Below are positions 1 to 12,366 of a stretch of DNA of 64,000 bases, in pieces. The stretch's first letter is position 1, and each line of letters begins with the position of its first letter. The translations under genes were made by a program, and so were the position numbers. The DNA is from Octopus sinensis (Eukaryota): contig NC_043001.1 in NCBI RefSeq assembly GCF_006345805.1, forward strand, positions 75,454,001 through 75,518,000, read 5' to 3'. Under the pieces are notes generated by a model that had not been told where the DNA came from, did no database searches, and worked only from the letters and a program-made list of their open reading frames with translations.

Positions 1-14
1 GAACAACCTAATAA

Positions 15-178
15 TATACGACGGGCTTCTTTCAGTTTCCGTCTACCAAATCCACTGACAAGTGTTTGGTCGGTCTAATGCTATAGTAGCGGACACTTGC
101 CCAAAGTATCACGCATTCGGACTGAACCCAGAACAATGTGATTAGGAAGCAAGTTTCTTTCCGCACATCCACGCCTGT
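15..178 (-). mobile_element. tRNA-derived SINE (family 'A', 5' half)
   Basis: Reverse complement matches the head of the full copy at 21404 (…gggttcagtccc…ggcaagtgtc…gatttggtagacggaaactgaaagaagcccgtcgtata). Confidence 0.85.
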
Positions 179-545
179 AGAAGTTAGTTGGAGAAACTAT
201 TCTTGCTACGTGTTTTATGACTTAATTCTTCATCATCCACTTTAAAACCACCACTTCGCCTTTGATCAGCTTTTGTCAAAGTTCACTCTGCTGTAAGCAA
301 TTGCTCCATGTCTCCAGTGAGAGAATATGTTCCTTTCATATTTTTTACTATAATTGGAGATCCTGAGAAATGTCATGAACGTTGCCCTATTCTGATTAAA
401 ACGTCAAAGTATTCATTTAATACTTTCTATAATGTACCTAATTTGTGTCCAGTATAATAGTTATGCTGATGTAAGCCGCAAGTATTAATTTAAGTCAATA
501 TCACTTGAGCGACGGACAAAAATACAATACTATTATTTAGTTACG

Positions 546-1195
546 GCGAGCTGGCAGCATCGTTAGCACTCCGGGTAAAATGCTTAGCAGCACTTCATTC
601 TTCTTTACGTTCTGAGTTCAAATCCCGCCGAGGTCGACTTTGCCTTTTATGCTTCCAAAGTCGATAAATTAAGTACCACTGAAAAAGTGAAATCGATGGT
701 TAGTCCCCTCTGTCCCAAATTTCAGGCTTTGTGCCTTTAGTAGAAATGATTATTTAGTTACGTTAGGCGGCGAGCTGGCAGAATAGTTAACGCGCCGAGC
801 AAAATGCTTAGCGGGACTTCACCCGTCTTTACATTCTTAGTTCAAATGCTACCGAGGTCGACTTTACCTTTCATCCTTTCAGGGTCGATAAAATAAGCAC
901 TACTCAAACAGTGAGGTTGATGTATCTACGAGTACTCTCCTCCGAAATTGCTGGCTTTATACCAGAATTTGAAGCCCTTATTTAGTTACCTCAAGGCAGC
1001 AAGCTGGTAGAATCGTTAGCGTGTCGGACAAATTGCTTACTGCACTTCTTCCGGTTATTTATGTTCTCAGTTCAAATCCTGCCGAGGACATCTAGCATTT
1101 CATCTTTAAATTAGTATCAGACGACCAGTGTGATTAATGTAATCGATTTGCACCCTCACGCCAAAATTTCATGTTTTGCGCTTCTAAGTAGAAAG
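546..1195 (+). mobile_element. Three head-to-tail copies of SINE family 'B' (ggcggcgagctggcag… head; Deu/Nin-like central domain)
   Basis: Each copy has ggcgagctggc…gttagc…gagttcaaat…gccgaggtcgactttgcctttcatcctttc…gtcgataaa…aagtacc. The central motif resembles the Deu/Nin SINE domain as recalled. Each copy is preceded by ttatttagttac. Confidence 0.85.
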
Positions 1196-1449
1196 AATTA
1201 TTACCAGCTAATTCGGTGTTTGTTACAAACATCCACATTAGTGTAGACTTACGTGGTATAAATTTTCGGTTTGTAACCATCTAATTCCAGTTTTAAGCCC
1301 CGTATGCGACACCTTTCACAAGTATTTCCATTACTATAGCACCGAGCCAAGCAATGTCTTATGAGTGAGATGGTTTGGAAACTGCATTATCCCGTCATGC
1401 AGGCACACTTACACACTCATATATATATAATATATATATATAATATATA

Positions 1450-1485
<36 letters not shown>

Positions 1486-1489
<4 letters not shown>

Positions 1490-1670
1490 AAGGAACTCTA
1501 TCTCTCTTTAAAAAATATATTTTGATAAACATAACAAATGCGCAACGGTAAAAAGAACTTTCACCTAATTAAATACACTCACCCTTACTTAAATTATTTT
1601 GTCAGCATTTTCTTCATTTCCTTTTTTTATATATCACAACTCGTGTTCCACATCTCCTTTTTTAAATATA
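1486..1670 (+). repeat. Unclassified interspersed repeat, second copy at ~21160-21345
   Basis: tcagaaaggaactctatctc…cacaactcgtgttccacatctcctttttt occurs at both places with high identity, each followed by (TA)n. Confidence 0.85.
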
Positions 1671-1689
1671 TATATATATATATATATAG

Positions 1690-1832
1690 TTTATTTAAAG
1701 CAGCAGAAAATTCAACAAAACCTGTTACTCTGAGTTTCCCGTTGCCGCTCATCGGCAAAAAACTGTCTGATGAACGGCAACGGGAAACTCAGAGTAACAG
1801 TTTTTGTTGAATTTTCTGCTGCTTTAAATAAA
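1690..1832. repeat. Near-perfect palindrome (64-bp arms, 15-nt loop), MITE-like
   Basis: Arms 1690-1753 and 1769-1832 are reverse complements with 2 mismatches. Confidence 0.9.
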
Positions 1833-1904
1833 GCATATTACTCTACCACTGGTATTTGTGTACTCTTTTTTCCACCTTGTCTCACAATTATGTGTTTACT
1901 CTGG

Positions 1905-1956
<52 letters not shown>

Positions 1957-2276
1957 TTGTGATTTTTTAATGTTTTTACCCCCATACCTTCGTAGGTTAT
2001 TTTGAGTAAACACTATCTGAGAGAAATTTTCTTTAAGTATTAGAAATGGCTAAAAAAATTTTTTTTGGCTGCTATTTCTAATGAGTTCAGTATGTGGCAA
2101 AGTAATTTATTTTACTAAGCCCTTTATAAAATGTAATATTTTGAATTCGCCTTAAATGGTCCCTTTACATACTGAATACTTGGTGAAATTGATTAATAAT
2201 TAATTAATTTTAGCCTCAATTGTTGAAATTATATATATATATATATAAGTGTGTGTGTGTGTGTGTGTGTGCGCGT

Positions 2277-2321
<45 letters not shown>

Positions 2322-2650
2322 AGGAGAGCACCTTCGGTCATGAATGACCTTGGGATTGCACCTAGAAGGTTACCCTCCGAGTCCGGGCAAGGTTGTTTGT
2401 GAATGGTCAGCAGTCACCCATGCATACCACCCTTCCCTCTCTACACCACTGATGTTATCCGAGGGAAAGGCAGAGGCCGATACAGCTTGGCACCAGTAAC
2501 GCCGCAACTCATTTCTACAGCTGAGTTAACTGGAGCTACGTGAAATAAAGTGTTTTGCTCGAGAACACAATACGCAGCCCTGTCCGGGAATCGAACTCAC
2601 AACCCCATGAGGGTAATCTCGACGCTCTAACCACTTAGCCCTGCGCCTTC
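2322..2650 (-). mobile_element. tRNA-derived SINE with CORE/Meta-like domain (family 'C')
   Basis: Minus strand reads gtggttagagcgtcg…gagttcgattcccgg…tgtgttctcgagcaaaacactttatttcacg. Homologous to the + copy at ~40538-40875. Confidence 0.8.
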
Positions 2651-2656
2651 ACACAA

Positions 2657-2689
<33 letters not shown>

Positions 2690-4149
2690 TCCGTTCCACA
2701 AGGTATAGAAAGACACCATTGAGCGAACACACAGAGAGATGTGCGGGTAATCTCCAACCAGGCTTCACGGTTTTCCCCATCTACAAGTGCAAGGAAGCAA
2801 TCTCTATACAACAGCAATTAAATAAAGAACATACATTTATTGAAAAATACAAACCGTGCCTGATTATGAACGCATAAACAATTTTGTAAATATTTTAATT
2901 CATGAATGCATAACCAACATTACATATACTTTATTTCACTAGTTTAACTTATGAGTTTATAATTTCGTAATATGAATACTACAAATTTACTGTCCCCAAA
3001 ATGCGTAGCCTACAAAACAGTGTATTCCACCAAAAAATGTGCAATTAGCTCCCCTGTCTCGAATAATAACAATCACCAATTATCTCCCCTTAGATTTTTC
3101 TAAATGCTTGTTCATTTACAAACTCCCATACAGGTAACATGTACTGAAATATCGTAGATTGTAATATTTTCACCAATTTCAATGTCTTGATTAGCAAAAC
3201 GCGTAACCGCTAGACTATACTAATATTCTATCCTTTAAGATATATCAAAAATATATAAATTGTGCGCATTTTTCCTACTTTGTCATATATTTTTCACTAC
3301 AAATCACAACACGGGTAAAAATCTCTTCAACGAAATTCTTTACTATGTGTATGTGCGCGCGCATGTGTGTCTGTGCATATGAGTTCATATGTGTATGTAT
3401 GTTGTATTTCTATATATGTGTTTATGAGTGCGTGCAAGTGTGTGTGTGTATGTGTGTGTGTGTGTGTGAGTGTGTGTGCGTGTGTGTGTATGTGAATATG
3501 AGCGTGCGTCTGCGTTTGCTTGTGCGTGACTCATTACTTGGAAATCAGAGTTTTTTTGTATGTCCAATTCAGTTAGCGGTTCGTCAAAATACGGACCAGT
3601 TGGCTAGGTACCAGGATAAAATAGGTACTGAGATCAATATAATCGACTTAAATTTACTTACGGCTGTACCACATTCTGGTCGCAGTCCTGCGATTGAATG
3701 AAGTAAAAAAATGAAAGAATATACAGTAGTTACTAAACATATTCAGCTGCATTACTGCTTTTGGAAGATCCTGGTACAAGGTATTGATCAAATGCCACAA
3801 TCTCCTGCCGTCTTGTCTCACAGTCCATTCATTCTCAGCGTATAGAGCTCTGTTTCTTTATCCGTTTCGAATTTTATTAAGTCATTTCTTACTATCAGTT
3901 TTAGCATGCTAATGGGTAATTTTGCATAAGATATATCTTATATTTTTCGTTTTCCTTATAAATAAACATATAGCAGAGTGACTCCTGATATTTTAACCGG
4001 TTATGCTATTTTGAAAATGATTTGTTGTTTGCATTCATTTATCCGTCCAAGGCAGACGTTGGACACTTTGCTTTCGCGGAATTAACACCATGGACACACA
4101 AACGCACATACATATGCACAAATTCACACACACATACATGCACACACAC

Positions 4150-4192
4150 ATATACACGCGAGTATATATATACATACATGCAGATATATATG

Positions 4193-4237
<45 letters not shown>

Positions 4238-4238
4238 G

Positions 4239-4270
<32 letters not shown>

Positions 4271-4290
4271 GTATATATATATATAATATA

Positions 4291-4336
<46 letters not shown>

Positions 4337-4404
4337 TATATAAAATATATATATATATGTATATGTATATATATATATGTATATATATGTATGTATAATA
4401 TATA

Positions 4405-4503
<99 letters not shown>

Positions 4504-4520
4504 GTATATATATATATGCA
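4150..4520. repeat. Long (TA)n/(TATG)n microsatellite
   Basis: Directly visible. It is the source of the YI-repeat ORFs. Confidence 0.98.
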
Positions 4521-5475
4521 ATTCTAATTCTCACTAATTCTCTTTCTCACTCCCTCTGTACTATGCGTTCTACCTTTCTTCTGCAGACGGACTTCCGTCC
4601 GAAAATATGTCTCTCTTTATCTTTCTAAAAAAACAAAAACAAAAAAAACATGAAGCTAATATATTATTTGTCAAAGTTTAGTTTCTTCTGGGTTGTGTTC
4701 ATGGTAATTGTATCATATAAATAGGTACATACATGAATATACACACGCGCACGCACACACATACACACACACAGTTACATACATGTTTGTGGTGGGACTA
4801 AGGTTTCAACTAAAGACACTGACATGATACACGTACGTACATCCAGACAAACACGCTCGCACACACACACTAATACAAACATATGCATATATATACACGC
4901 AAACAAATATTTTTTCATTAATATGTATGAGAATATAAAATATATAGAAATGCTTTTCTACGTGTGTATGTGTGTGCGCGTGCGTGTGTGTGCGTGTACA
5001 AACGTATCTTTTTACTGTTTTTATGTCCCCTTATATTAACGTCTGATTTCTGGTACAAATTGTTTTCCAACGACAACAGGCTCTTTGTAATAAATCTCTA
5101 TTTGTGTCAAGCCCGTCCGTTTTGCATTATGATTATTTATATCTTGCGCATACACATACAAATGTAAGTATATACATTTGCATATAGTCACACACTCACA
5201 CTTATATATATACGTTTGTAAAATTGAACGAGAGAAATAGACGTGAATAAATAGATATGTATATGTATGCATATTTTTTTTATCTTGGAAACTATATAAG
5301 TAACTCTATAACACAAAACTTTGCGCAGTACTTCCACATGAGACTGGTTGTCATCTTCTATTTTGTATCTCACTCTCACACTCTTCTTTTATATATATAG
5401 AGAGAGAGATAAATTTTCCCTATTTACATAATATTGAGGTCTCTTTCTTTCTGTTATTATATTACCGCATTTTTA

Positions 5476-5519
<44 letters not shown>

Positions 5520-5759
5520 TATATATATATATATATATATACAGACACATATATGTTATATGGTATATTATTTATTATACTATATCTATAATATAAATTG
5601 GACATGGAAGAGCGTTGTATTCTTTTTTGTCTTGAGGTTCACAGCCAAACAGCTGGGTGGATTCACGTGAGAAATGGCATACATGTGGAGACGGGTGCAT
5701 AGATTGGAATGCATTGGGTGTTTTGTTCCTAGCCCCCATATTTACCGAGAAAATCTATT

Positions 5760-6673
5760 AAAACGTTTCTAATGGAATCCCTCCGCCAACATCATAACCC
5801 TTCTCTCCTTTTCTCTGTTACTCACTCACACATTCTCTCACTACAACAAGTGAATAACAAAATTTCAGTTAACTCTCTCGCCCATATCGCACACCCCATC
5901 AAACACACACACACACACGCTCTCTCTCTCTCTATCTCTCACACACACACACGCTCTCCCTCTCTCCCCCTCACACACACACACACACTGTCACACACAT
6001 ATGCACGCACATCAATTCTTCCGCTTCACACCAACTTCAAAGGAACTTCACTCATACTGTTTGTCTCTTTCACTTTCACGACTTCATAAGAACCCCTTTC
6101 CACGCCTCCAGAGATAAATACAAACCACCTCGTGTTGAATGCAAAATCCCGCCAAATTAGCCAGAAAAACACGCACACACGTCCATTTCATATATCTTCT
6201 TTCAATTTATGCTCTCCCATTACTCGGATGTCCAATACAATAGCTCTCACCGACATTTTCTTCTCTAAAAAGGTACGTGTCTATTTTTTCGATAACAATG
6301 ACTTCTTCCAGACTTCTCCACTTTACCTTTGGCTGATATTACTACCAGGTCTACCTACTATGTAGATGTCTGAACTTCATTTTCATTCACGGATTTGCAT
6401 TTCAAAAATTTCACATAATCTTTTCCATAAATCAACTATCGTAAAACTTTTCTACTATGACCTCAAATTTTCTATGTGTGTGTATACTTTAAAAGACGTG
6501 ATTAGACAGAGGTCCAATAGAATAGTTCTCAGAAACAGACTACGTACAAATTGTTTCCTCACCACGCCTGAAGCTGTTTCCTGCGAATATATTTTCACTT
6601 CACTTCACTCACTCTATCTCTCTTTCTCACACCCTTTCTCTCTCACATACACACGCGCAAGCACGCACGCGCA

Positions 6674-6719
<46 letters not shown>

Positions 6720-7164
6720 GACACAGACACACACAGACACACACACACATACACACACATATATGTATATATATATACACACACGTCCAATTCACATATC
6801 TTCTTTCAATTTCTGCCATCTGCAAATAAAATTTTTATGGATACAACTGCTTCCAAAAATAGGGATTAATGTATAATTTCTTTCTATGTTCATAATTAAA
6901 TAAACGTTTTAATGATTAGACAGAGGTACAATACAATAGCTCTCAGAAACAGACTACGTACAAATTCTTTCTTCACAAATCCTGAAGTTGTTTTCTGACG
7001 GGGGAGGGGGTGGGGGAGAAATTTTCATACAGCTAGAGGCTCCAATCGAAACAGGGGACCCAAAATAATAAGGGTGAGAAACACTGTTATAGATTATGCT
7101 TAACCGAAAACTATCACAACCACATCATTCAAACAGACCGGGTGAATCCGGGCTTAACTGCTAG
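5760..7164 (+). mobile_element. Non-autonomous Helitron-like element with internal direct repeats (5' boundary uncertain)
   Basis: 3' end ccgggtgaatccggg hairpin followed by ctgCTAG|t at 7161-7164. Internal duplications at ~6500-6590 vs ~6915-7000 and ~6175-6210 vs ~6780-6815. Confidence 0.55.
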
Positions 7165-7244
7165 TTATATATATATATATAATATATAGTGACACACATA
7201 CATATATATAACTATGTATGTAGTTATGTATGTATCTCTCTCTC

Positions 7245-7341
<97 letters not shown>

Positions 7342-7407
7342 TATATATATATGTATACATATATGTATATACATATATATATATATAAAAATAATAATAA
7401 ATGCGCC

Positions 7408-7650
7408 ATTTTAAAGCCTAACCAGGCTCATGGACCCGGTTTCCCGGTTTCTATGGCGTATGTGTTCCCCAGCTGGACGGGACGCCAGTCCATCGCTGTG
7501 TTACTCATTTTTACTAGCTGGGTGGACTGGAGCAACGTGAAATGGAGTGTTTTACCCAAGAACACAACGCGTCCCCCGATCCAGGAATCGAAACCACATC
7601 TTACGATCATGATGCTGATACCCTAACCACTAAGCCACGCGTCTCCACAT
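7408..7650 (-). mobile_element. tRNA-derived SINE (family C-related)
   Basis: Minus head tggcttagtggttagggtatc…gtttcgattcctgg and 3' part ggaaaccgggaaaccgg. Related to the + copy at ~62600-62900. Confidence 0.8.
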
Positions 7651-7661
7651 ACATACATACA

Positions 7662-7697
<36 letters not shown>

Positions 7698-7802
7698 TAT
7701 TTATATATATATATATTATATATATATATACATACACACACAGAGAATCCCTAATATTTATAATAATATATACACATATATATATATATATATATACATA
7801 TG

Positions 7803-7839
<37 letters not shown>

Positions 7840-8739
7840 TCATATATATGTGTGTGTGTATATATATATATATTGAGAGAGAGAGAGAGAGATAGATACA
7901 TACATACCTACATACATAGTTATATATAAATCTTTTACCTTGCAACTTATTGCGTTTTAGGTACAGAATGAAACTGAGAATTAGTGGTATGCACCTTATT
8001 TTTTTTTTATAGCTGTGAATATATATAAATGCCTCAAAAGCCTGAAGCTTAGTGCAATGGCTTTATGCTAAAATGTAGCCATTCCCGCATACACATCTAT
8101 AATTATATGCATGTAAATACGTACACACACACACAAACACGCACACACACATACATAAATATATATACCATCGAATGTCTGGTGTTGTAGCTATAGTTTC
8201 AATCTAGGAATGTCTAAGATACTTATATCTATCATCTACTTTTGCCATTCATTTCAGTCTTACCTATTTATCTTGGTCTTCCTTTTTATTTTTTCTAATT
8301 TCTTCTGTATTTCTGTGTTTTGTAATTTATCAGTTTTATGCTCTCCCAGTTACTTCCTATAGGGTAGTTCTCTTCCTTCCAAGTTTCTGATTTTAGAGTG
8401 TATAGCTATCTAAGAATTTTGCGTTTTAATTATTTTTCCTCAGTATTTTTTGATTCCTATGTCTTTCCTCTACTTTTTTTTCTTTACGTATACACAGTAT
8501 TTCCGATATACAAGAGTGGTATTCTGATAAAAGCTTTTCTGAAATGAATGCATATCAGCTTTTAGGGTATTCTTGCTACTCTTTCAATACACGTTCGTTT
8601 TGTCAGAAATTGTTCTTTACATCCATAGATCGCTTTCCACTACATTTCTGCTCATGTGAAATTCTGACGAACTATCTTGTTTAGTAAGCATAAATATCAG
8701 TGCTATACAACGTTGAGAAACAAGTCTTGTATGTATGTA

Positions 8740-8970
8740 TTGGTCCTCTGTCGATTACGACAATGATGGTTCCAGTTGATCCGATCAAGGAACGGCCGTT
8801 TGTCAAATTAACTTCCAAATCGCTGAGTACTCCATAGACACGCGTAGTTCTGAGAGGCATTCAGCGTGAGATAGAATGTGACAAGGTTGGCCCTTTGAAC
8901 TACAGGTACTACACATTCTTGCTATCTGAGTGGACTGATAAAGCGTTTTCCTCAAGAATACAACACGCCC
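8740..8970 (-). mobile_element. SINE fragment
   Basis: Minus strand has ttgatcggatcaactggaacc…gtcgtaatcgacagagg and a tgttgtattcttgagga domain typical of the C-like SINEs here. Confidence 0.65.
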
Positions 8971-10409
8971 TGTAAAAGAAATATTAAAGCGCTCGTCAAA
9001 ATGTTTTCTGGAAAAGTGTTTCGTTCTTCAAGATGTGTGTTTGTCACTATGATAGAAATTATTATTATTATTATTTTGTACAGCATCAGACAAAATGTTT
9101 CGCGGCATTTCTTCCAACTTTTTATGTTCTGATCTCAAATCCCACCGAGATCAAATCTTTTCCATCGCTTCCATTTGCTGTTGATAACAGAGGACCAGTG
9201 ATGTGCTAGGATCAATGGTATTGGCTTGCTCTTCCCAACAAAATTGCTGGCCAAGTGAGAAAATTAGGAATCATCATCATCATCATCATCATCTTCCTCA
9301 TCATCATATAATACCTATTATTATTGTCGTCTTTTTATTGTCTTTTTAAAATCGTTTTTACCCGCTCGTTCTCCTTATCTATCCTCAACTTCATTTTCAA
9401 CCCACTTCTCTTCTTTATCCTTCCTACTTCTTATTATCATTTACTCCTCCTCCTCCTCCATCTTCTCCTTCGTTCTTGGGTCGATGGTATCGACTAGCCG
9501 CCTCCCCATAAAGTTGCTGGACTTGTACCAAAATTTGATACAAATATTTTTCCGTAGACGCTAGAGACAGCTGTGCACCAAAAAAGAAAAAAATCACTCT
9601 ATAATATTTATTTACTTCTCTGTATTCTCAGCTCACATCTCACTGTCGTCGATCCGTTAGATACCAGTATTCTACTGATGTCTGTTAACTTTACTGCATA
9701 CTTTCTTGAGATGTAAAATTAAATATTACTATATGATGGAAGTAGCTTGGCTGAAAGAGCAGGTCTGTGTTAATTTAGTTTTACATTGCAGTTCTTAGTT
9801 ACGAATCTGTACTTGTATTTACGTCTCCTTAAGTATATTTAAATATGTTTATGTAAACTTATGACTCGCTCAAATATGTTGTTTGAGAAAGTTTTGAACC
9901 TGTAAAGGCTTTCCACTGCTGATTGTCGTGGGGAAAATACTGTCGCTTAGGCCAAAGTTGTAGTATAGTACCATAGTGAATAGTCTTTACAGGTTTAAAT
10001 ATCTTTCAAACATTTTATAACTTAATTTTTTATGCTTTTCTTCATTACTTTACACACTTTTTCCGGCTTGGCATCTAGTCTGCACAACCAATAAAGAACA
10101 TAATTTACAAACTTACTATAAACAAACTTTATTTCCTAATCAGCTCAGAGTTGCCTCACTTGGTATCTGCGATTGAAGAGAACAAATAAATTCTAAATGC
10201 ATCCAAGAGTGCAATAGAGAGCGCTCTGAAGTGACTACGGTGTTTTAACACCTTTTTTGTCTTAAACTAGAATTTCTATTCTCTCTAACAAGCTGCAGTG
10301 AAAGCCTGTACAGGTTCGAATACTTCTCAGGCACATCTGAACTGGCCTTGTGTTTGCATACTTTATTTCTCTTCACGCATCTACCTACGTTTCAGATTTT
10401 GACACAATG

Positions 10410-11110
10410 CCAGCAATTTTCAAGGGAAGGATAAGCCGATTACATTGATCCTAGTACCGTAAATCCTCGAGTATAGTCCGCCCTTGAGTTTAATACACAG
10501 GGGATTTTTAGGGGGCTTTACCTCTAAAAAACATAAACCTTGTGTATAATACACACCTCTTCTCTAACTTGAGTCAAGGAGGTCTGTATAACGTCCTTGG
10601 TTTGTAAAAATGTATACGGTAACATCATTTATTATTATTGTATATATAACATAATGCAAACGTGTAGCTTTTTCGTGCATTTTGTTTGCAGAAAATAAAG
10701 AAATAACAGTAATAACAGTAATAGCGTTTAATAAATGTTGCTTACTGCAAGTTATGGATGATTCTTTTATGACTTCATTGCTTTCAGGCTTAGCTTAAAT
10801 TATTTTCGCCCCCAACATCACAAAATTCATCTGAATAAACATAGCCAGACAGCAAATAGAGACTCGTACATTGCTTAGAAAATAATTTTAATTTTAAACC
10901 TCGTATATAGTACGAACTAGGGATTTTGACCTTTAAATTTTGGGGAAAAATACGGATTATACTCGAAGATTTACAGTACTCAACAGGGTGGTAGTAAATT
11001 TATCAACCCCAAAAGTTGATCTCGGTGGAATAAATACAGAATGCAGAGACGGACGAAATGCCGTTAAGCATTTTGCCCGGCGTACTAATGATTCTGCCTG
11101 CTCGCCGCCC
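10410..11110 (-). mobile_element. SINE family B interrupted by a MITE
   Basis: gattacattgatcctagta|…|ctcaacagggtggtagtaaatttatcaacccc…ctcgccgcc joins into a family-B sequence when 10457-10976 is removed. Confidence 0.8.
10457..10976. mobile_element. Tc1/mariner-pogo type MITE (520 bp)
   Basis: TIRs ccgtaaatcctcgagtatagtccg / cggattatactcgaagatttacag. TA duplication at 10455-56 and 10977-78. No ORF. Confidence 0.85.
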
Positions 11111-12145
11111 TTACCCACGTATATATTGACGTGACTTTCACTTCTATGTTGAAGTGCCACTAAAGTCGACAAAATAAAATGCCAGACAGGCATTTAGTAT
11201 GCTTCAGTCAACTCTTCTACATCATTATTTACTCACTTTTACAAAATAAGATGTTGCTAGAAACCTGCGTAAGAGATGAAGTAAATTATTCTCTGAACTT
11301 TTTAATAGCTAACTTATTACAGATTTTGTACAACAAATGGTTTCATTATTTGTTTTCTTGTGTGTGTATGTGTGTTTACTGATAACCTGTTTATCCAGTA
11401 TGTGTAGACACATGAACAAAAGCAAACTGCAGAAGAAATCAAATCAACATCAGACAAATTCAGCCACAAGCAAAATATGTCACAGAACACAAACAAAAAT
11501 AAAATAAGCAAAAGAAACTGTTCTCTCGGTGAAAATATAAAACAAGAATATTTTTTCCTACATTGTAGTTTGCAATACTGAAGTATACGAAAACTAATAA
11601 ACAAGCGTCTGATACTAAGAAACTAAATAATATGACGGATCTTGTTTCTTGAGACGCCGCATTCAAAACAAAATCCATAAGTTAAATTCTTTTGTAAATA
11701 GTATTTAGATTTCACATTTGCATTACCCACAAATGAATACATGCATACATACATACATACATACATACATACATACATACATACATACGTACATAGATGC
11801 ATACATACAGACTCTTATACATGGATGCATACATACACACTCAAAAATATGTGTATGGATGAATGTGTGTGTGTGATAACATGCCTGACGAACTTGTAAA
11901 CATAGAGATGAAACTCCAGGTAGCAAGAGTCTGACACAAACAAAAGAAACGTATTTTTCATCAATTTACCATTATAGAGATGTAAAATATTTTTCATTTG
12001 TTCGAGTCAGACCTTTGCTACACTGGAGCTTCTGACAATCAACACTAAACACACACACACACTCAAAGATATATATATATATTCACACACGCACATATAT
12101 ATGTGTGTATAGGTGATACTCACACACACACACACATATATAGGG

Positions 12146-12235
12146 GGGAAAGTAAGAAGAAAAATAAGCGAAAATGCATTTCTTAATGCAATACTTTCCC
12201 CTTGCATTTTCGCTTATTTTTCTTCTTACTTTCCC
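12146..12235. repeat. Perfect 33-bp-stem hairpin with 24-nt loop
   Basis: gggaaagtaagaagaaaaataagcgaaaatgca (12146-12178) is the exact reverse complement of 12203-12235. Confidence 0.95.
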
Positions 12236-12366
12236 TTTACATTTCCACGTGTAGTTTCTATTTTCTTTTTGTAACATATTTCTATTATATATGTGTATGG
12301 GGTGTGTGTGTGCGTGGGGGTATATGTGTGTGTGTGTGTGTGATATATACGCATAAATAATGAAAA

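Noticed and set aside
4022-4628. Long ORFs rich in YI/HT/CV repeats (also at 7154, 13173, 15146, 19393, 36837, 42939, 45840, 49232, 53693, 58829)
   Set aside because: These are translations of (TA)n, (CA)n and (CATA)n microsatellites, which lack stop codons. They are not genes.
3094-5163. Exon candidates 3094-3133 and 5080-5163 with plausible AG/GT ends
   Set aside because: No recognisable protein and no supporting neighbours. The second ends in microsatellite-like sequence, and such pairs are expected by chance in AT-rich DNA.
7000-7018. G-quadruplex motif gggggagggggtggggga
   Set aside because: Only three G-runs, inside a repeat element, with no further support.
11390-11700. A-rich stretch resembling a coding exon (THEQKQTAEEIKSTSDKF…)
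   Set aside because: It is closed by stops in all frames, with no donor and no recognisable motif.
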